Source: Acholeplasmataceae bacterium (GTDB lineage: Bacteria > Bacillota_I > Bacilli_A > Acholeplasmatales > Acholeplasmataceae). From it: a stretch of 46,861 nucleotides of DNA. Made by a program: the position numbers and the translations under genes. The stretch lies in assembly GCA_028690555.1 (NCBI GenBank), contig JAQVBA010000002.1:1-46861 (forward strand), read 5' to 3'. Below, in pieces: positions 30,550 through 40,449 of the stretch (positions are counted from its first letter, which is position 1; each line of letters starts with the position of its first letter). Under the pieces are notes generated by a model. It was given only the letters and a program-made list of their open reading frames with translations, was not told the DNA's origin and did not search any database.

Positions 30550-33500
30550 ATGATTGGTTATATCGAGAAGAATACAAAACTTAATGAATTAATAAAACCA
30601 AAAAATAAGACTGTTTACTATTATGGATCCAATGAAACGTATAATGCATATATGATGGCACTGGATTTTATGAATCATAAAAAAACGGTTTTTGTTGTTA
30701 CACCAAATCTTTATGAAGCTCAAAAGTATTATGATCGATTAAGCCAAATCATTGAAAATGAAAATGTTCTTTTTTATCCCGCCGATCAAACCCTTACATC
30801 CATAATGGCTTTAGGAAGCCCTGAATTTAAGTCTGAAAGACTCTATACACTAAAGCAATTATTAACAGGAAATCCTTATATTGTGGTTACTACGCTTCAA
30901 GGATTTTGTCAAAGACAATTAACACCTAAAGATTATATAAATGGTGTTAAATGGATTAAATCAGGAGAAAATCATCATTTAGAATCACTCATACAATTTC
31001 TAGTCTATAGTGGTTATTCTAAAACATATACAGTTGAAAAACCGGGTGAGTTTAGTGTTCGAGGGAACATTATCGATATTTTCACACTAAATTTTGAAAA
31101 TCCTTATCGACTTGACTTTTTTGATGATTTCTTAGAGCAAATAAAGATTTTTGATGTAGAAACACAACGCTCATTTAGTGTCGTTGATCAAATTGAGATT
31201 GCACCAATGCATGAGTTGTTTTATACTGATAAAATGAAAGATGATGCCATCAAGGAAATCAAAAAATTCTTTGAATCTAAAACACTTTCTGAACGTGAAA
31301 AAGAAAAATTAGATACAGACTTAGAATCGATTGAAATGCGAACAAAGCTTGATGGATTGAATTTATATATTCCTTTTTTTAATCATCATAAATCAACTTT
31401 ATTAGATTTTTCAAATGACTATCACTTATATGTAATTGAACCATCAAAAATGTTTATCAATGAGGAATCTATAGACAGTGATTTAGATACCTATGCTGTT
31501 TCAATGAACGGGCGTAATTTTTTAGATATTCCGTTTAGAATTCAACTTCAAGATCAATTAAATAATAAACATATCGAAATTGAATATTCAACGGTTGGGC
31601 CTCATGAAAAATCAATCAATTTAGGGGTCATAGATCCTAATCAATACCGCGGCAATTTAAAACTTTTAATATTGGATTTAAAAGACATTATTCAAACCTA
31701 CAAAATAGTGATTTCAACACACACAAAGACATTTTATGATGAGATCACAACATATTTTAAAGATAATCACGTTTCTTTTCAGCATGAAATTGATGATTCA
31801 GTCGGTTTATATGTGATTGATGAACCAACTTATGGTTCATTTTGGTCATCCAAAGATCAATTGGTTGTATTAGATGAAACTCAAATTTTTCAATCTCGCA
31901 TTAGACCTGCTATTCGTTATCGAAGTGTATTGAATCAGTCACAAAAAATTCGAAGAGTCGAAGATTTAAATGTGGGTGATTTTGTCGTACATTACGATTA
32001 TGGTATTGGTCAATATATGGGATTAAAGACCATGGAGTTGTCTTTAGAAAAAAGAGATTATCTACATATCATTTATGCAAATAATGAAGCGCTATATGTT
32101 CCAATGGATCAAATTGATATGGTTTTAAAATATAGTAGTCATGATGGTTTTCATCCGAAATTGTCAAAACTTGGTGGTAAACAATGGTCTAAAACCAAGG
32201 CAAGCGTCAGAATGCGCATCAAAGATTTAAGCGATCGTTTGATTCAACTTTACGCATCAAGACAACAAGCGATTGGATTTAAATATGAAGAAGATAACGA
32301 GATGCAGTATGCTTTTGAAAGAGATTTTATGTATGAAACGACAAAAGATCAACAAAAAGCTATTCTAGATACGAAACACGATATGGAATTAGAACGACCA
32401 ATGGATCGTTTAATTTGTGGTGATGTTGGATTTGGAAAAACTGAAGTAGCACTTCGCGCAGCATTTAAAGCTGTACTCAATCAGAAACAAGTACTTTATT
32501 TAGTTCCAACAACGGTTTTAGCGAGACAACATTTTTACACATTTAAAGAACGATTTGAAAAATATGGGGCTAATGTCGCTCTAATGAGTCGTTTTGTGAC
32601 ACCAAAAAAAATTAAAGAAACCATCGAAAAATTAAGAAAAGGGTTTGTTGATGTTGTCATTGGAACGCATCGCTTGCTTTCTGAAGATGTAAAATTTAAA
32701 GATTTGGGTTTGTTAATTATCGATGAAGAACAACGTTTTGGTGTCGAACATAAAGAGAAAATTAGAGAAATCAAAGTCAATGTAGATACACTCACTTTGT
32801 CTGCAACACCAATCCCTAGAACCCTACAAATGTCAATGATGGGATTAAAAGATTTATCGATGATTGAAACACCGCCGCTCAATCGGTATCCTGTTCAAAC
32901 GTATGTGGTTGAAAGACATGAACCTCTAATCAAAGAAGCTATCAATCGGGAATTAGCGCGTGGTGGGCAAGTGTTTTATTTATTTAATCGTGTTCAAGGG
33001 ATTGAAGGAATGGTTCATAAACTTGAAAAGCTTGTTCCTGAAGCAAGAGTATGCCACGCACATGGAAAAATGAGTCGAGATCAATTGGAACAAGTTTTAA
33101 GTGATTTCATCGATCATCACTATGATGTATTAGTTGCCACGACAATTATTGAAACAGGCGTTGATATTCCAAATACAAACACTCTAATCATTCATGATGC
33201 GGATAAATTAGGATTATCACAACTTTATCAGATTAGGGGTAGAGTTGGAAGAAGTGACCGTATCGCTTATGCGTATTTGTTATTCGATGCATATCGAAAT
33301 ATCAATGATGAAGCGAAAAAGAGATTAAGTGCTATTCAAGATTTTACTGCTTTAGGCAGTGGATTTAAAATTGCCATGCGCGATTTATCGATACGTGGTG
33401 CGGGTGATGTATTAGGATCTGAACAATCAGGATTCATTGATTCTGTGGGTATGGAATTATACATGAAATTGCTTGAAGAAGCCGTTACCGGTATATCATT

Positions 33501-33969
33501 GGATAAGCCGAAAGAAACGCAAATTGATGAAATTTACGCACCGAGACATGTTGATCCGAATTATGTCAGTATGGAGAGTGTCCGTATTGAAATACATAAA
33601 CGAATCAGTGAGTTAAATCGTCTAAAAGATGTTGAAGATTTAAAACAAGAACTTATTGATCGATTTGGCCCACTTGATGCTGACTTATTGCTCTATATGT
33701 ATGAAAGACTATTTAAAAAATATGCATCTAAATTAGGTGTGTTAAAAACGATAGTTGATAAGAATCAAGTGACTTTAGTCTTAACATTAGAAGCCTCACA
33801 AAAATCAAACGGAGCTCATCTTTTTGAAAAATCAAACGCGTTTCATACACAAATGAGACTAGCATATATTAAAGGTCACATACATATCATTTTAGTGACG
33901 AAAGGGAAGAATGAGCATTGGCTCTACTTGTATGACCAATTTTTGGATGATTTGATTTATAATGAATAA
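30550..33969 (+). CDS. mfd: Transcription-repair coupling factor
   Basis: 1139 aa. It has a UvrB-homology N-terminus, a CarD-like RID domain (DLNVGDFVVHYDYGIGQY), and SF2 translocase motifs GDVGFGKTEVALRA, IIDEEQRFG, LSATPIPRT and QLYQIRGRVGR. Confidence 0.96.
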   Translation: MIGYIEKNTKLNELIKPKNKTVYYYGSNETYNAYMMALDFMNHKKTVFVVTPNLYEAQKYYDRLSQIIENENVLFYPADQTLTSIMALGSPEFKSERLYTLKQLLTGNPYIVVTTLQGFCQRQLTPKDYINGVKWIKSGENHHLESLIQFLVYSGYSKTYTVEKPGEFSVRGNIIDIFTLNFENPYRLDFFDDFLEQIKIFDVETQRSFSVVDQIEIAPMHELFYTDKMKDDAIKEIKKFFESKTLSEREKEKLDTDLESIEMRTKLDGLNLYIPFFNHHKSTLLDFSNDYHLYVIEPSKMFINEESIDSDLDTYAVSMNGRNFLDIPFRIQLQDQLNNKHIEIEYSTVGPHEKSINLGVIDPNQYRGNLKLLILDLKDIIQTYKIVISTHTKTFYDEITTYFKDNHVSFQHEIDDSVGLYVIDEPTYGSFWSSKDQLVVLDETQIFQSRIRPAIRYRSVLNQSQKIRRVEDLNVGDFVVHYDYGIGQYMGLKTMELSLEKRDYLHIIYANNEALYVPMDQIDMVLKYSSHDGFHPKLSKLGGKQWSKTKASVRMRIKDLSDRLIQLYASRQQAIGFKYEEDNEMQYAFERDFMYETTKDQQKAILDTKHDMELERPMDRLICGDVGFGKTEVALRAAFKAVLNQKQVLYLVPTTVLARQHFYTFKERFEKYGANVALMSRFVTPKKIKETIEKLRKGFVDVVIGTHRLLSEDVKFKDLGLLIIDEEQRFGVEHKEKIREIKVNVDTLTLSATPIPRTLQMSMMGLKDLSMIETPPLNRYPVQTYVVERHEPLIKEAINRELARGGQVFYLFNRVQGIEGMVHKLEKLVPEARVCHAHGKMSRDQLEQVLSDFIDHHYDVLVATTIIETGVDIPNTNTLIIHDADKLGLSQLYQIRGRVGRSDRIAYAYLLFDAYRNINDEAKKRLSAIQDFTALGSGFKIAMRDLSIRGAGDVLGSEQSGFIDSVGMELYMKLLEEAVTGISLDKPKETQIDEIYAPRHVDPNYVSMESVRIEIHKRISELNRLKDVEDLKQELIDRFGPLDADLLLYMYERLFKKYASKLGVLKTIVDKNQVTLVLTLEASQKSNGAHLFEKSNAFHTQMRLAYIKGHIHIILVTKGKNEHWLYLYDQFLDDLIYNE

Positions 33970-33984
33970 TAGAGGTGATACGAT

Positions 33985-35166
33985 ATGGCAGTAGATATTT
34001 TAAAGATTTCTAAGGATGCACGCGACGCAAAAAAAATATATAACGACGTCATCGATGCATCGATTGGTATGTTTTTTGATGAAGATAAATCCATCGGGGG
34101 AATGCCATCAGTTTCAAAAGCAATCCGGGAATTATCAGATGATCAAATACTTCCTTATCCATCAGTAGATGGAGGACCAGGATTTAAAAAAGATTTGATT
34201 TCATGGGTTTTAGGAAAATATGAAGATGAAATCAAAAAGACGATGTATGTCGATGCATGCGCAACTCCAGGTGGCAGTGGAGCAATCGCATCAACATTCT
34301 CAATTATGACGAAACCGAAGGACTATATATTTGTATCGGACGTTAGATGGCAATACGAACGTTTTGCTGATCGGGCAAAATTAAACATTTTTGAGCATAA
34401 ACTCTTTGATGGCGATGCATTCAATCTACAAAGCTTTAAAGAAAGATTAGATGCACTCTGTGCAATTCAACACCGTGTAGTCGTTATTGTGAATGACCCA
34501 TGTCATAATCCAACGGGATATACTTTAACACTTGATGAATTTAACAAAATAATAGACATATTAAATAGCAAGACTGAAAATGAAATTATTTTCCTTTATG
34601 ATGTGGCGTATTTAGAATTCACTCACGAAGAAGATAATCGATTAAAGATGAGCTATTTACCTAAATTAAAAGAACATGTAATGACTATCGTCACATTTAG
34701 CGGTTCTAAAACTTTTGGTGTTTATGGCTTACGTATGGGAGCCGCGATTATACTATCTAAAAACAAAGATCAAGTAGCGGATGCTCACAAAAAATATGTG
34801 AATGAAGCAAGAGGATCGTGGTCAGCGACACCAACCATCTCCATCGAATTATTTAATCATTTTGCTAAACCAGAAAATAAAAAAGTCTTTCTTAAAGATC
34901 TTGCGCGATTAAATGATATTGTACAAAAAAGATCGATGTCATTTAATGAACAAGCCAAAGAGATTGGCTTAGTCACATACCCCTTTAGAAGTGGTTTTTA
35001 TACCGTGGTTTTAACCGATAACCCAGATCAGGATTATTTAAAATTACAAGAACACCACATCTATGCAGTTCCAATGAATGGTGGTATCCGCCTTGCATTG
35101 TGCAGTTTGTCAATTCATGAAATTCAAGGACTCCCGAGTAAGATTAAATCAATTCTTAATCTCTAA
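33985..35166 (+). CDS. Class I PLP-dependent aminotransferase (aspartate/aromatic, AspC-like)
   Basis: 393 aa. The PLP-lysine context FSGSKTFGVYGLRMG resembles the SYSKNFGLY of subgroup Ia enzymes. NDPCHNPTG is also present. Confidence 0.75.
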   Translation: MAVDILKISKDARDAKKIYNDVIDASIGMFFDEDKSIGGMPSVSKAIRELSDDQILPYPSVDGGPGFKKDLISWVLGKYEDEIKKTMYVDACATPGGSGAIASTFSIMTKPKDYIFVSDVRWQYERFADRAKLNIFEHKLFDGDAFNLQSFKERLDALCAIQHRVVVIVNDPCHNPTGYTLTLDEFNKIIDILNSKTENEIIFLYDVAYLEFTHEEDNRLKMSYLPKLKEHVMTIVTFSGSKTFGVYGLRMGAAIILSKNKDQVADAHKKYVNEARGSWSATPTISIELFNHFAKPENKKVFLKDLARLNDIVQKRSMSFNEQAKEIGLVTYPFRSGFYTVVLTDNPDQDYLKLQEHHIYAVPMNGGIRLALCSLSIHEIQGLPSKIKSILNL

Positions 35167-35207
35167 TAGAAGCGCTTTCATCAAAACACATCATATGATA
35201 TAATAAA

Positions 35208-35235
35208 AGTATCTTGGTACAAGGTACTTTTTTAT
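35208..35235 (+). terminator. Intrinsic terminator after the aminotransferase gene
   Basis: AGTATCTT (35208-35215), loop GGTAC, AAGGTACT (35221-35228), then TTTTTTATT. An extended -10 (TGaTATAAT, 35196-35204) sits just upstream, so the fhs transcript probably starts inside the 5' arm. Confidence 0.7.
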
Positions 35236-35250
35236 TGCAAAGGAGAATTT

Positions 35251-36837
35251 ATGGAAAAAATAACAGTTTTATGCGAAAAAATGGGCGTCATTGGTGATGA
35301 ATGTATCCCTTATGGCTTTGATAAGGCTAAGATTGATCTATCTGTTTTAAAAAGATTAGAAAACAAGCCCAATGGGAAACTTATTTTAGTGACTGCGATT
35401 AATCCTACACCCGCTGGTGAAGGAAAAACAACCGTATCAATCGGACTCACTCAAGGACTTAAAGAAATTGGCAAACATCCTGTTTTAGCATTAAGAGAAC
35501 CAAGTTTAGGACCAGTTTTTGGTCTTAAAGGTGGAGCAACTGGTGGTGGAAAAGCCAGTGTTACTCCTTCGGATGATATTAATCTTCATTTTACAGGTGA
35601 TCTTCATGCGATAACAGCTGCAAATAACTTATTATCAGCATTGATTGACAATCATATATTTCAAGGAAACGAATTAGGTATTGAAACTGTCACTTGGAAG
35701 CGTTGCATGGATATGAACGATCGTAGTTTAAGAGACATTGACACACCGATAAGAAAAGATGGGTTTGTCATTACTGCAGCAAGTGAAATCATGGCTATTT
35801 TAGCCTTGGCTACTGATCTTAAAGATTTGAAAGCAAGAATTAATCGTATTCTTGTAGGATATACGAACGAAAATAAACCTGTTTACGTCAAAGATTTAGG
35901 TGGCGCAGATGCAATGACATTACTTTTAAAGAATGCGATTAATCCAAATCTAGTTCAAACAGTTGATGGTGTTCCAACATTTGTTCACGCTGGACCATTT
36001 GCTAACATCGCACATGGATGTAATTCGATTGTTGCAACTAAACTTGCTTTAAAACTTGGAGACTATGCTGTGACTGAAGCTGGATTTGGTGCAGATTTAG
36101 GTATGGAAAAATTTATTGATTTAAAAATGCCTTATCTTGATAAAAATGTGGATGCAATCGTCATTGTGGCAACTTTAAGAGCATTAAAATCCCATGGAGG
36201 TGCTGAAGATTTTTCAGCTGAAAACCATGAAGCGCTTCGTTTAGGAATTCCTCATTTAAATAAGCATATTGAAAACATTAAAGGTTTTGGCTTACCATAT
36301 GTTATTGCGTTAAATCATTTCTATACTGATACCGATGAAGAACTTAAGATATTGATGGATTGGGCGAAAGAAAACAATCATCCAATCGCTTTAGCTAAAG
36401 GATTTTCTGAAGGTGGCAAAGGTATGGTTGACTTAGCGAATATTGTAGTTGAAATTGCAAATCAAAAATCAACAATTAAACCAACGTATAGTGCAGAAGA
36501 TTTGCCACAAACCAAGATTGAGAAAATCGCAAAAAACTTGTATGGTGCTAAAGAAGTTGTATTTACTAAGAAAGCAAAAGAACAACTTGAACAATACGCA
36601 TCACTTGGATGGAATCTACCTGTATGTATGGCGAAAACGCCGCTTTCACTCACTGGAGATCCTAAAATAAAAGGTTTACCTACCGATTTTACATTAACGA
36701 TTCAAGAAATTAGACCCTCACTAGGTGCAGGCTTTTTAGTGGCTTTAACCAAAGGCATTATGGTTATGCCGGGTTTAAATAAAACACCACGTGCCATTTC
36801 AATGGTTTTGGACGATGAGGGAAATCTCATCGATTAA
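35251..36837 (+). CDS. fhs: Formate--tetrahydrofolate ligase
   Basis: LILVTAINPTPAGEGKTT plus family-typical blocks (GPVFGLKGGATGGG, PTFVHAGPFANIAHGCNS). At 528 aa it is somewhat shorter at the N-terminus than the ~555 aa I expect. Confidence 0.93.
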   Translation: MEKITVLCEKMGVIGDECIPYGFDKAKIDLSVLKRLENKPNGKLILVTAINPTPAGEGKTTVSIGLTQGLKEIGKHPVLALREPSLGPVFGLKGGATGGGKASVTPSDDINLHFTGDLHAITAANNLLSALIDNHIFQGNELGIETVTWKRCMDMNDRSLRDIDTPIRKDGFVITAASEIMAILALATDLKDLKARINRILVGYTNENKPVYVKDLGGADAMTLLLKNAINPNLVQTVDGVPTFVHAGPFANIAHGCNSIVATKLALKLGDYAVTEAGFGADLGMEKFIDLKMPYLDKNVDAIVIVATLRALKSHGGAEDFSAENHEALRLGIPHLNKHIENIKGFGLPYVIALNHFYTDTDEELKILMDWAKENNHPIALAKGFSEGGKGMVDLANIVVEIANQKSTIKPTYSAEDLPQTKIEKIAKNLYGAKEVVFTKKAKEQLEQYASLGWNLPVCMAKTPLSLTGDPKIKGLPTDFTLTIQEIRPSLGAGFLVALTKGIMVMPGLNKTPRAISMVLDDEGNLID

Positions 36838-36848
36838 GGAGGATAATC

Positions 36849-37694
36849 ATGATCCTATTAGATGGGAAGAATGTTGCAAAAGAACGGAATTTATTACTTA
36901 AACAAAAAATTGAAGAACATATAAAATCACAACGCGAACCACATCTTTCAATTATTTTGATTGGTGAAAATCCAGCGAGTATTTCGTATGTAACCGGTAA
37001 AGGAAAAGCATGCAAACTTGTTGGTATAAAACACACATTACATCATCTAAGTGATACCGTGACTGAAGATGAAGTGGCAGCACTCATCGAAACACTCAAT
37101 CAAGATGATTCAGTGGATGGAATCTTGTTACAACTACCAATACCTAAACATTTAAATGATTCAAAACTAATCGATCTGATCTCAAGAGATAAAGATGCTG
37201 ATGGTTTTCATGTGATTAATCAGGGATACCTTTATCAAAAAAAGCCAACGATTTATCCTGCAACCCCTAAAGGAATCATCTCTTTATTGGAACATTACAA
37301 CATTGAAATAGCTTCAAAACACGCAGTGATTGTTGGAAGAAGTAATATTGTAGGTTTTCCTGTAGCAAGATTACTCATGGACCGTGGAGCAACCATTACT
37401 GTATGTCATAGACAAACAAAAGATCTTTCATATCACACAAGACAAGCAGATATCATTATTGCATCTGCGGGAACTCCACTACTCATTAAGAAAGAAATGG
37501 TTAAAGAAGGAGCAATTGTCGTTGATGTTGGTGTAAACCGCTTAGAAGGAAAACTTGTAGGAGATGTATGTTTTGATGAAGTTTCGGAAGTTGCAAGTTA
37601 TCTTTCACCTGTGCCGGGTGGCGTTGGACCGATGACAATTAATGCATTACTTGAAAACACGTATGAGTTATATTTAAAGCATATAAATCGTTAA
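36849..37694 (+). CDS. folD: Bifunctional methylenetetrahydrofolate dehydrogenase/methenyl-THF cyclohydrolase
   Basis: ILVGENPASISYV, GILLQLPIP, VIVGRSNIVGFPVA, SPVPGGVGPMT. Confidence 0.95.
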   Translation: MILLDGKNVAKERNLLLKQKIEEHIKSQREPHLSIILIGENPASISYVTGKGKACKLVGIKHTLHHLSDTVTEDEVAALIETLNQDDSVDGILLQLPIPKHLNDSKLIDLISRDKDADGFHVINQGYLYQKKPTIYPATPKGIISLLEHYNIEIASKHAVIVGRSNIVGFPVARLLMDRGATITVCHRQTKDLSYHTRQADIIIASAGTPLLIKKEMVKEGAIVVDVGVNRLEGKLVGDVCFDEVSEVASYLSPVPGGVGPMTINALLENTYELYLKHINR

Positions 37695-37710
37695 TCTCAT
37701 TAAATCAATC

Positions 37711-37738
37711 AACACCCATTTTTTGGGTGTTTTTTTTA
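37711..37738 (+). terminator. Intrinsic terminator after folD
   Basis: ACACCC (37712-37717) pairs with GGGTGT (37725-37730). A run of 8 T follows. Confidence 0.85.
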
Positions 37739-37786
37739 ACATATAATGTTACAATAGAAATGTAAAAAAAGTAAGGGGCATATCCG

Positions 37787-38335
37787 ATGAATATTTGGCA
37801 TGATATTAGCAAATCTAGAATTAAACCAGAACGATTTGTAGCATGTATTGAAATCTCTAAAGGCAGTAAAAAAAAATATGAACTTGATAAAGAAACAGGC
37901 ATGATTATTCTTGATCGAATCTTGTTTACATCTACACATTATCCAGCAAATTATGGATTTATTCCAAGAACTTATGCTGGTGATAATGACCCACTAGATG
38001 TTTTGGTCTTATGTCAAGAAGATATTGAACCTTTATCAATTGTCGATTGTTATCCCATTGGGGTGATTAAAATGATTGATTCTGATGAAATCGATGAAAA
38101 GATTATTGCTGTACCTTTTGGTGATCCTTCGCTTACACAATATAAGGATATTGGTGAATTACCGCAGCATTTATTAACTGAAATGAGTCATTTTTTCGAA
38201 GTTTATAAATCGCTTGAAGGAAAAAAGACGTATATTTTAGATATTGAAGGCGTTGAAGAAGCGAAAAAGATTATAAATTCATGTATTGACACTTACGAAG
38301 AAAAATTTAAAGATAGAGCAAAGAAAGAGGAATAA
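37787..38335 (+). CDS. ppa: Inorganic pyrophosphatase, family I
   Basis: 182 aa with EISKGSKKKYELDKETG, YPANYGFIP and DNDPLDVLVL. Confidence 0.92.
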   Translation: MNIWHDISKSRIKPERFVACIEISKGSKKKYELDKETGMIILDRILFTSTHYPANYGFIPRTYAGDNDPLDVLVLCQEDIEPLSIVDCYPIGVIKMIDSDEIDEKIIAVPFGDPSLTQYKDIGELPQHLLTEMSHFFEVYKSLEGKKTYILDIEGVEEAKKIINSCIDTYEEKFKDRAKKEE

Positions 38336-38339
38336 TATT

Positions 38340-39065
38340 ATGGGAAGAGCATTTGAAGTACGAAAGGTAGCGATGCAAAAAACTGCTGCTGCTAAAGGTA
38401 AACTCTATGCGAAATACGGCAAAGAAATTTATATGGCCGCAAAATCTGGAACTCCTGATCCAGACACGAACCAAGCATTAAAACGCATCATTGAAAAGGC
38501 TAAGAAAGAACAAGTAACTGCGGATGTGATCAAGCGTGCGATTGATAAAGCTAAAGGCGGAAGCGATGAAAACTATGCAGAAGCGCGATATGAAGGCTTT
38601 GGTCCAGGGAATTCAATGATTATCGTTGAATGCCTAACAGATAATCCAAATCGTACGATTGCAGAAGTACGTAATTGTTTTACAAAAACAGGCGGTAAAC
38701 TAGGTGTTTCTGGTTCAGTGATGCATCAATTTAATCATTATGCGGTCTTGACAATGCCAGGATTAACAGAAGATGAAGTATTAGAAATATTAATCACAAA
38801 TGACCTAGATGCACAAGAGATTGAAACCGATGAAGAGGGTGTCACTGTATATTCTGATGCATCGAATTATAATAACATTCGTCAAGCAATTTTAGATGTA
38901 CATCCGGATTTCGATTTCCAAACAGAAGAAATTATGTGGTTACCAATTATGGAAACATCGTTTGATCATGAAGAAGACCAAGATAAATTTGATCGTTTGG
39001 TTGGTATGCTCGATGAACTTGATGATGTTCAAAACGTTTATCATAACGTGAGTTTCAAAGAATAG
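38340..39065 (+). CDS. yebC: YebC/PmpR-family DNA-binding transcriptional regulator
   Basis: MGRAFEVRKVAMQKTAAAKGKLYAKYGKEI ... YEGFGPG. I place the start at the ATG at 38340, after the ppa stop, with an AAGAAAGAGG RBS. The track start at 38286 lies inside ppa. Confidence 0.9.
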   Translation: MGRAFEVRKVAMQKTAAAKGKLYAKYGKEIYMAAKSGTPDPDTNQALKRIIEKAKKEQVTADVIKRAIDKAKGGSDENYAEARYEGFGPGNSMIIVECLTDNPNRTIAEVRNCFTKTGGKLGVSGSVMHQFNHYAVLTMPGLTEDEVLEILITNDLDAQEIETDEEGVTVYSDASNYNNIRQAILDVHPDFDFQTEEIMWLPIMETSFDHEEDQDKFDRLVGMLDELDDVQNVYHNVSFKE

Positions 39066-39110
39066 AAATTAAATTTTGAAGGTTACTTAAATTCTATGAA
39101 ATACTTAATA

Positions 39111-39150
39111 AAAGAAGCGTTTTCAGTGACTTGAATGCTTCTTTTATTTT
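39111..39150 (+). terminator. Intrinsic terminator after yebC
   Basis: AAAGAAGC (39111-39118) pairs with GCTTCTTT (39137-39144), with additional inner pairing. TATTTT follows. An extended -10 (TGcTATAAT, 39162-39170) lies downstream and would serve glyA. Confidence 0.7.
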
Positions 39151-39198
39151 GACTTTTATTATGCTATAATAAACTGAAGAATCATCGAGGAGGATAGA

Positions 39199-40446
39199 AT
39201 GAATCTACGATTGAAAGATGCCGAGATCGATAGTTTTATCCAAAAAGAACTAAATCGACAAGAAGAGCACATTGAATTGATTGCGTCTGAGAATTTTGTT
39301 TCACCCGCAGTTTTAGAAGCACAAGGATCAATTTTGACCAATAAATATGCTGAAGGATATCCGAAAAAAAGATATTATGGTGGTTGTGAGTTTGTGGATG
39401 AGATTGAAACACTTGCGATTGAACGATTAAAAAAATTGTTTGACGCTAAATATGCCAATGTACAACCACATTCTGGTTCACAAGCCAATATGGCAGTGTA
39501 TCAAGCATTATTAAATCCAGGTGATAAAATTTTAGGTATGTCACTTGCTGAAGGTGGACATTTGACACATGGATTTAGTTTAAATTTTTCTGGAAAATTT
39601 TATCAGTCTTATTTTTATGGTGTTGACCAAATAACAGAACAAATTGATTACGATAAATTGAGGGAACTTGCATTAGAAATTAAGCCCAAACTTATTATTG
39701 CTGGAGCGAGTGCATATTCTAGAATTATCGATTTTAAACGTTTTAGAGAAATTGCGGATGAGGTTGGGGCATATCTTCACGTAGATATGGCGCATATCGC
39801 TGGATTAGTTGCTGCTAAGCTTCACCCATCACCACTTCCATATGCGCATGTCGTATCATCAACGACACATAAGACTTTAAGAGGTCCTCGAGGAGGTATC
39901 ATCTTAACGAATGATGAAGTGGTAGCTAAGAAAATTGATAAAGCTGTATTTCCTGGTGTTCAAGGCGGTCCATTAATGCATGTGATTGCAGCTAAAGCTG
40001 TTGCGTTTAAAGAAGCTTTAACCGATGAATTTTTAGATTACCAAAAACAAGTTGTAAAAAATGCACAAGCATTTGCGGATGAAATGATGAAATTAGGTTA
40101 TCCGATTGTGAGTGGCGGAACTGACAATCATCTATTCTTAGTCAATGTGAAAAAGACATTAGGAATTACAGGATTAGATGCAGAAAATACGCTGCATCGC
40201 GTAAGTATTACATGCAATAAAAATGGTGTTCCTTTTGATACTGAAAAACCTGCATATGCAAGTGGTATTCGTTTAGGCACTCCCGCAGTTACAACAAGAG
40301 GATTTAAGGAAGATGATATGCGACTTGTTGCAAGTTTCATTGATCAAGCATTACGACATAAAGATAATCCAGAAATTATTGAAACCATTAGAAAAAAAGT
40401 CATCGAACTGACTAAAAAATATCCATTATACACGAAGGGAGTATAA
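39199..40446 (+). CDS. glyA: Serine hydroxymethyltransferase
   Basis: [24 protein letters not shown], and the PLP-lysine motif [14 protein letters not shown]. Confidence 0.96.
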   Translation: MNLRLKDAEIDSFIQKELNRQEEHIELIASENFVSPAVLEAQGSILTNKYAEGYPKKRYYGGCEFVDEIETLAIERLKKLFDAKYANVQPHSGSQANMAVYQALLNPGDKILGMSLAEGGHLTHGFSLNFSGKFYQSYFYGVDQITEQIDYDKLRELALEIKPKLIIAGASAYSRIIDFKRFREIADEVGAYLHVDMAHIAGLVAAKLHPSPLPYAHVVSSTTHKTLRGPRGGIILTNDEVVAKKIDKAVFPGVQGGPLMHVIAAKAVAFKEALTDEFLDYQKQVVKNAQAFADEMMKLGYPIVSGGTDNHLFLVNVKKTLGITGLDAENTLHRVSITCNKNGVPFDTEKPAYASGIRLGTPAVTTRGFKEDDMRLVASFIDQALRHKDNPEIIETIRKKVIELTKKYPLYTKGV

Positions 40447-40449
40447 AAG

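Noticed and set aside
32535-32882. 115-aa ORF antisense to mfd, plus the other 60-90-aa track ORFs nested in dnaA, dnaN, recF, gyrB, ispE, spoVG, galU, serS, fhs, glyA, yidC and rmuC
   Set aside because: All are embedded in, or antisense to, strongly supported genes. They lack RBSs and motifs, so I treat them as six-frame noise.
35196-35235. Leader attenuator or riboswitch controlling fhs-folD (for example a THF riboswitch)
   Set aside because: Only ~45 nt separate the -10 from the start codon. The hairpin is better explained as the terminator of the upstream aminotransferase gene, with the fhs start site inside it. There is no room for an aptamer.
35251-36837. fhs as a truncated gene or pseudogene (528 aa versus ~555 expected)
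   Set aside because: The frame is uninterrupted and has a strong RBS. All catalytic blocks I recognise are present, and the shortfall is spread over the N-terminus rather than caused by a frameshift.
38286-38339. N-terminal extension of yebC overlapping ppa (also the recF extension at 9316-9342 and the yaaA extension at 9081-9137)
   Set aside because: The family-typical N-termini (MGRAFEVRK for YebC, MIHKLSIRNFRSF for RecF) begin at internal starts with RBSs. The extensions overlap upstream genes or promoter elements.
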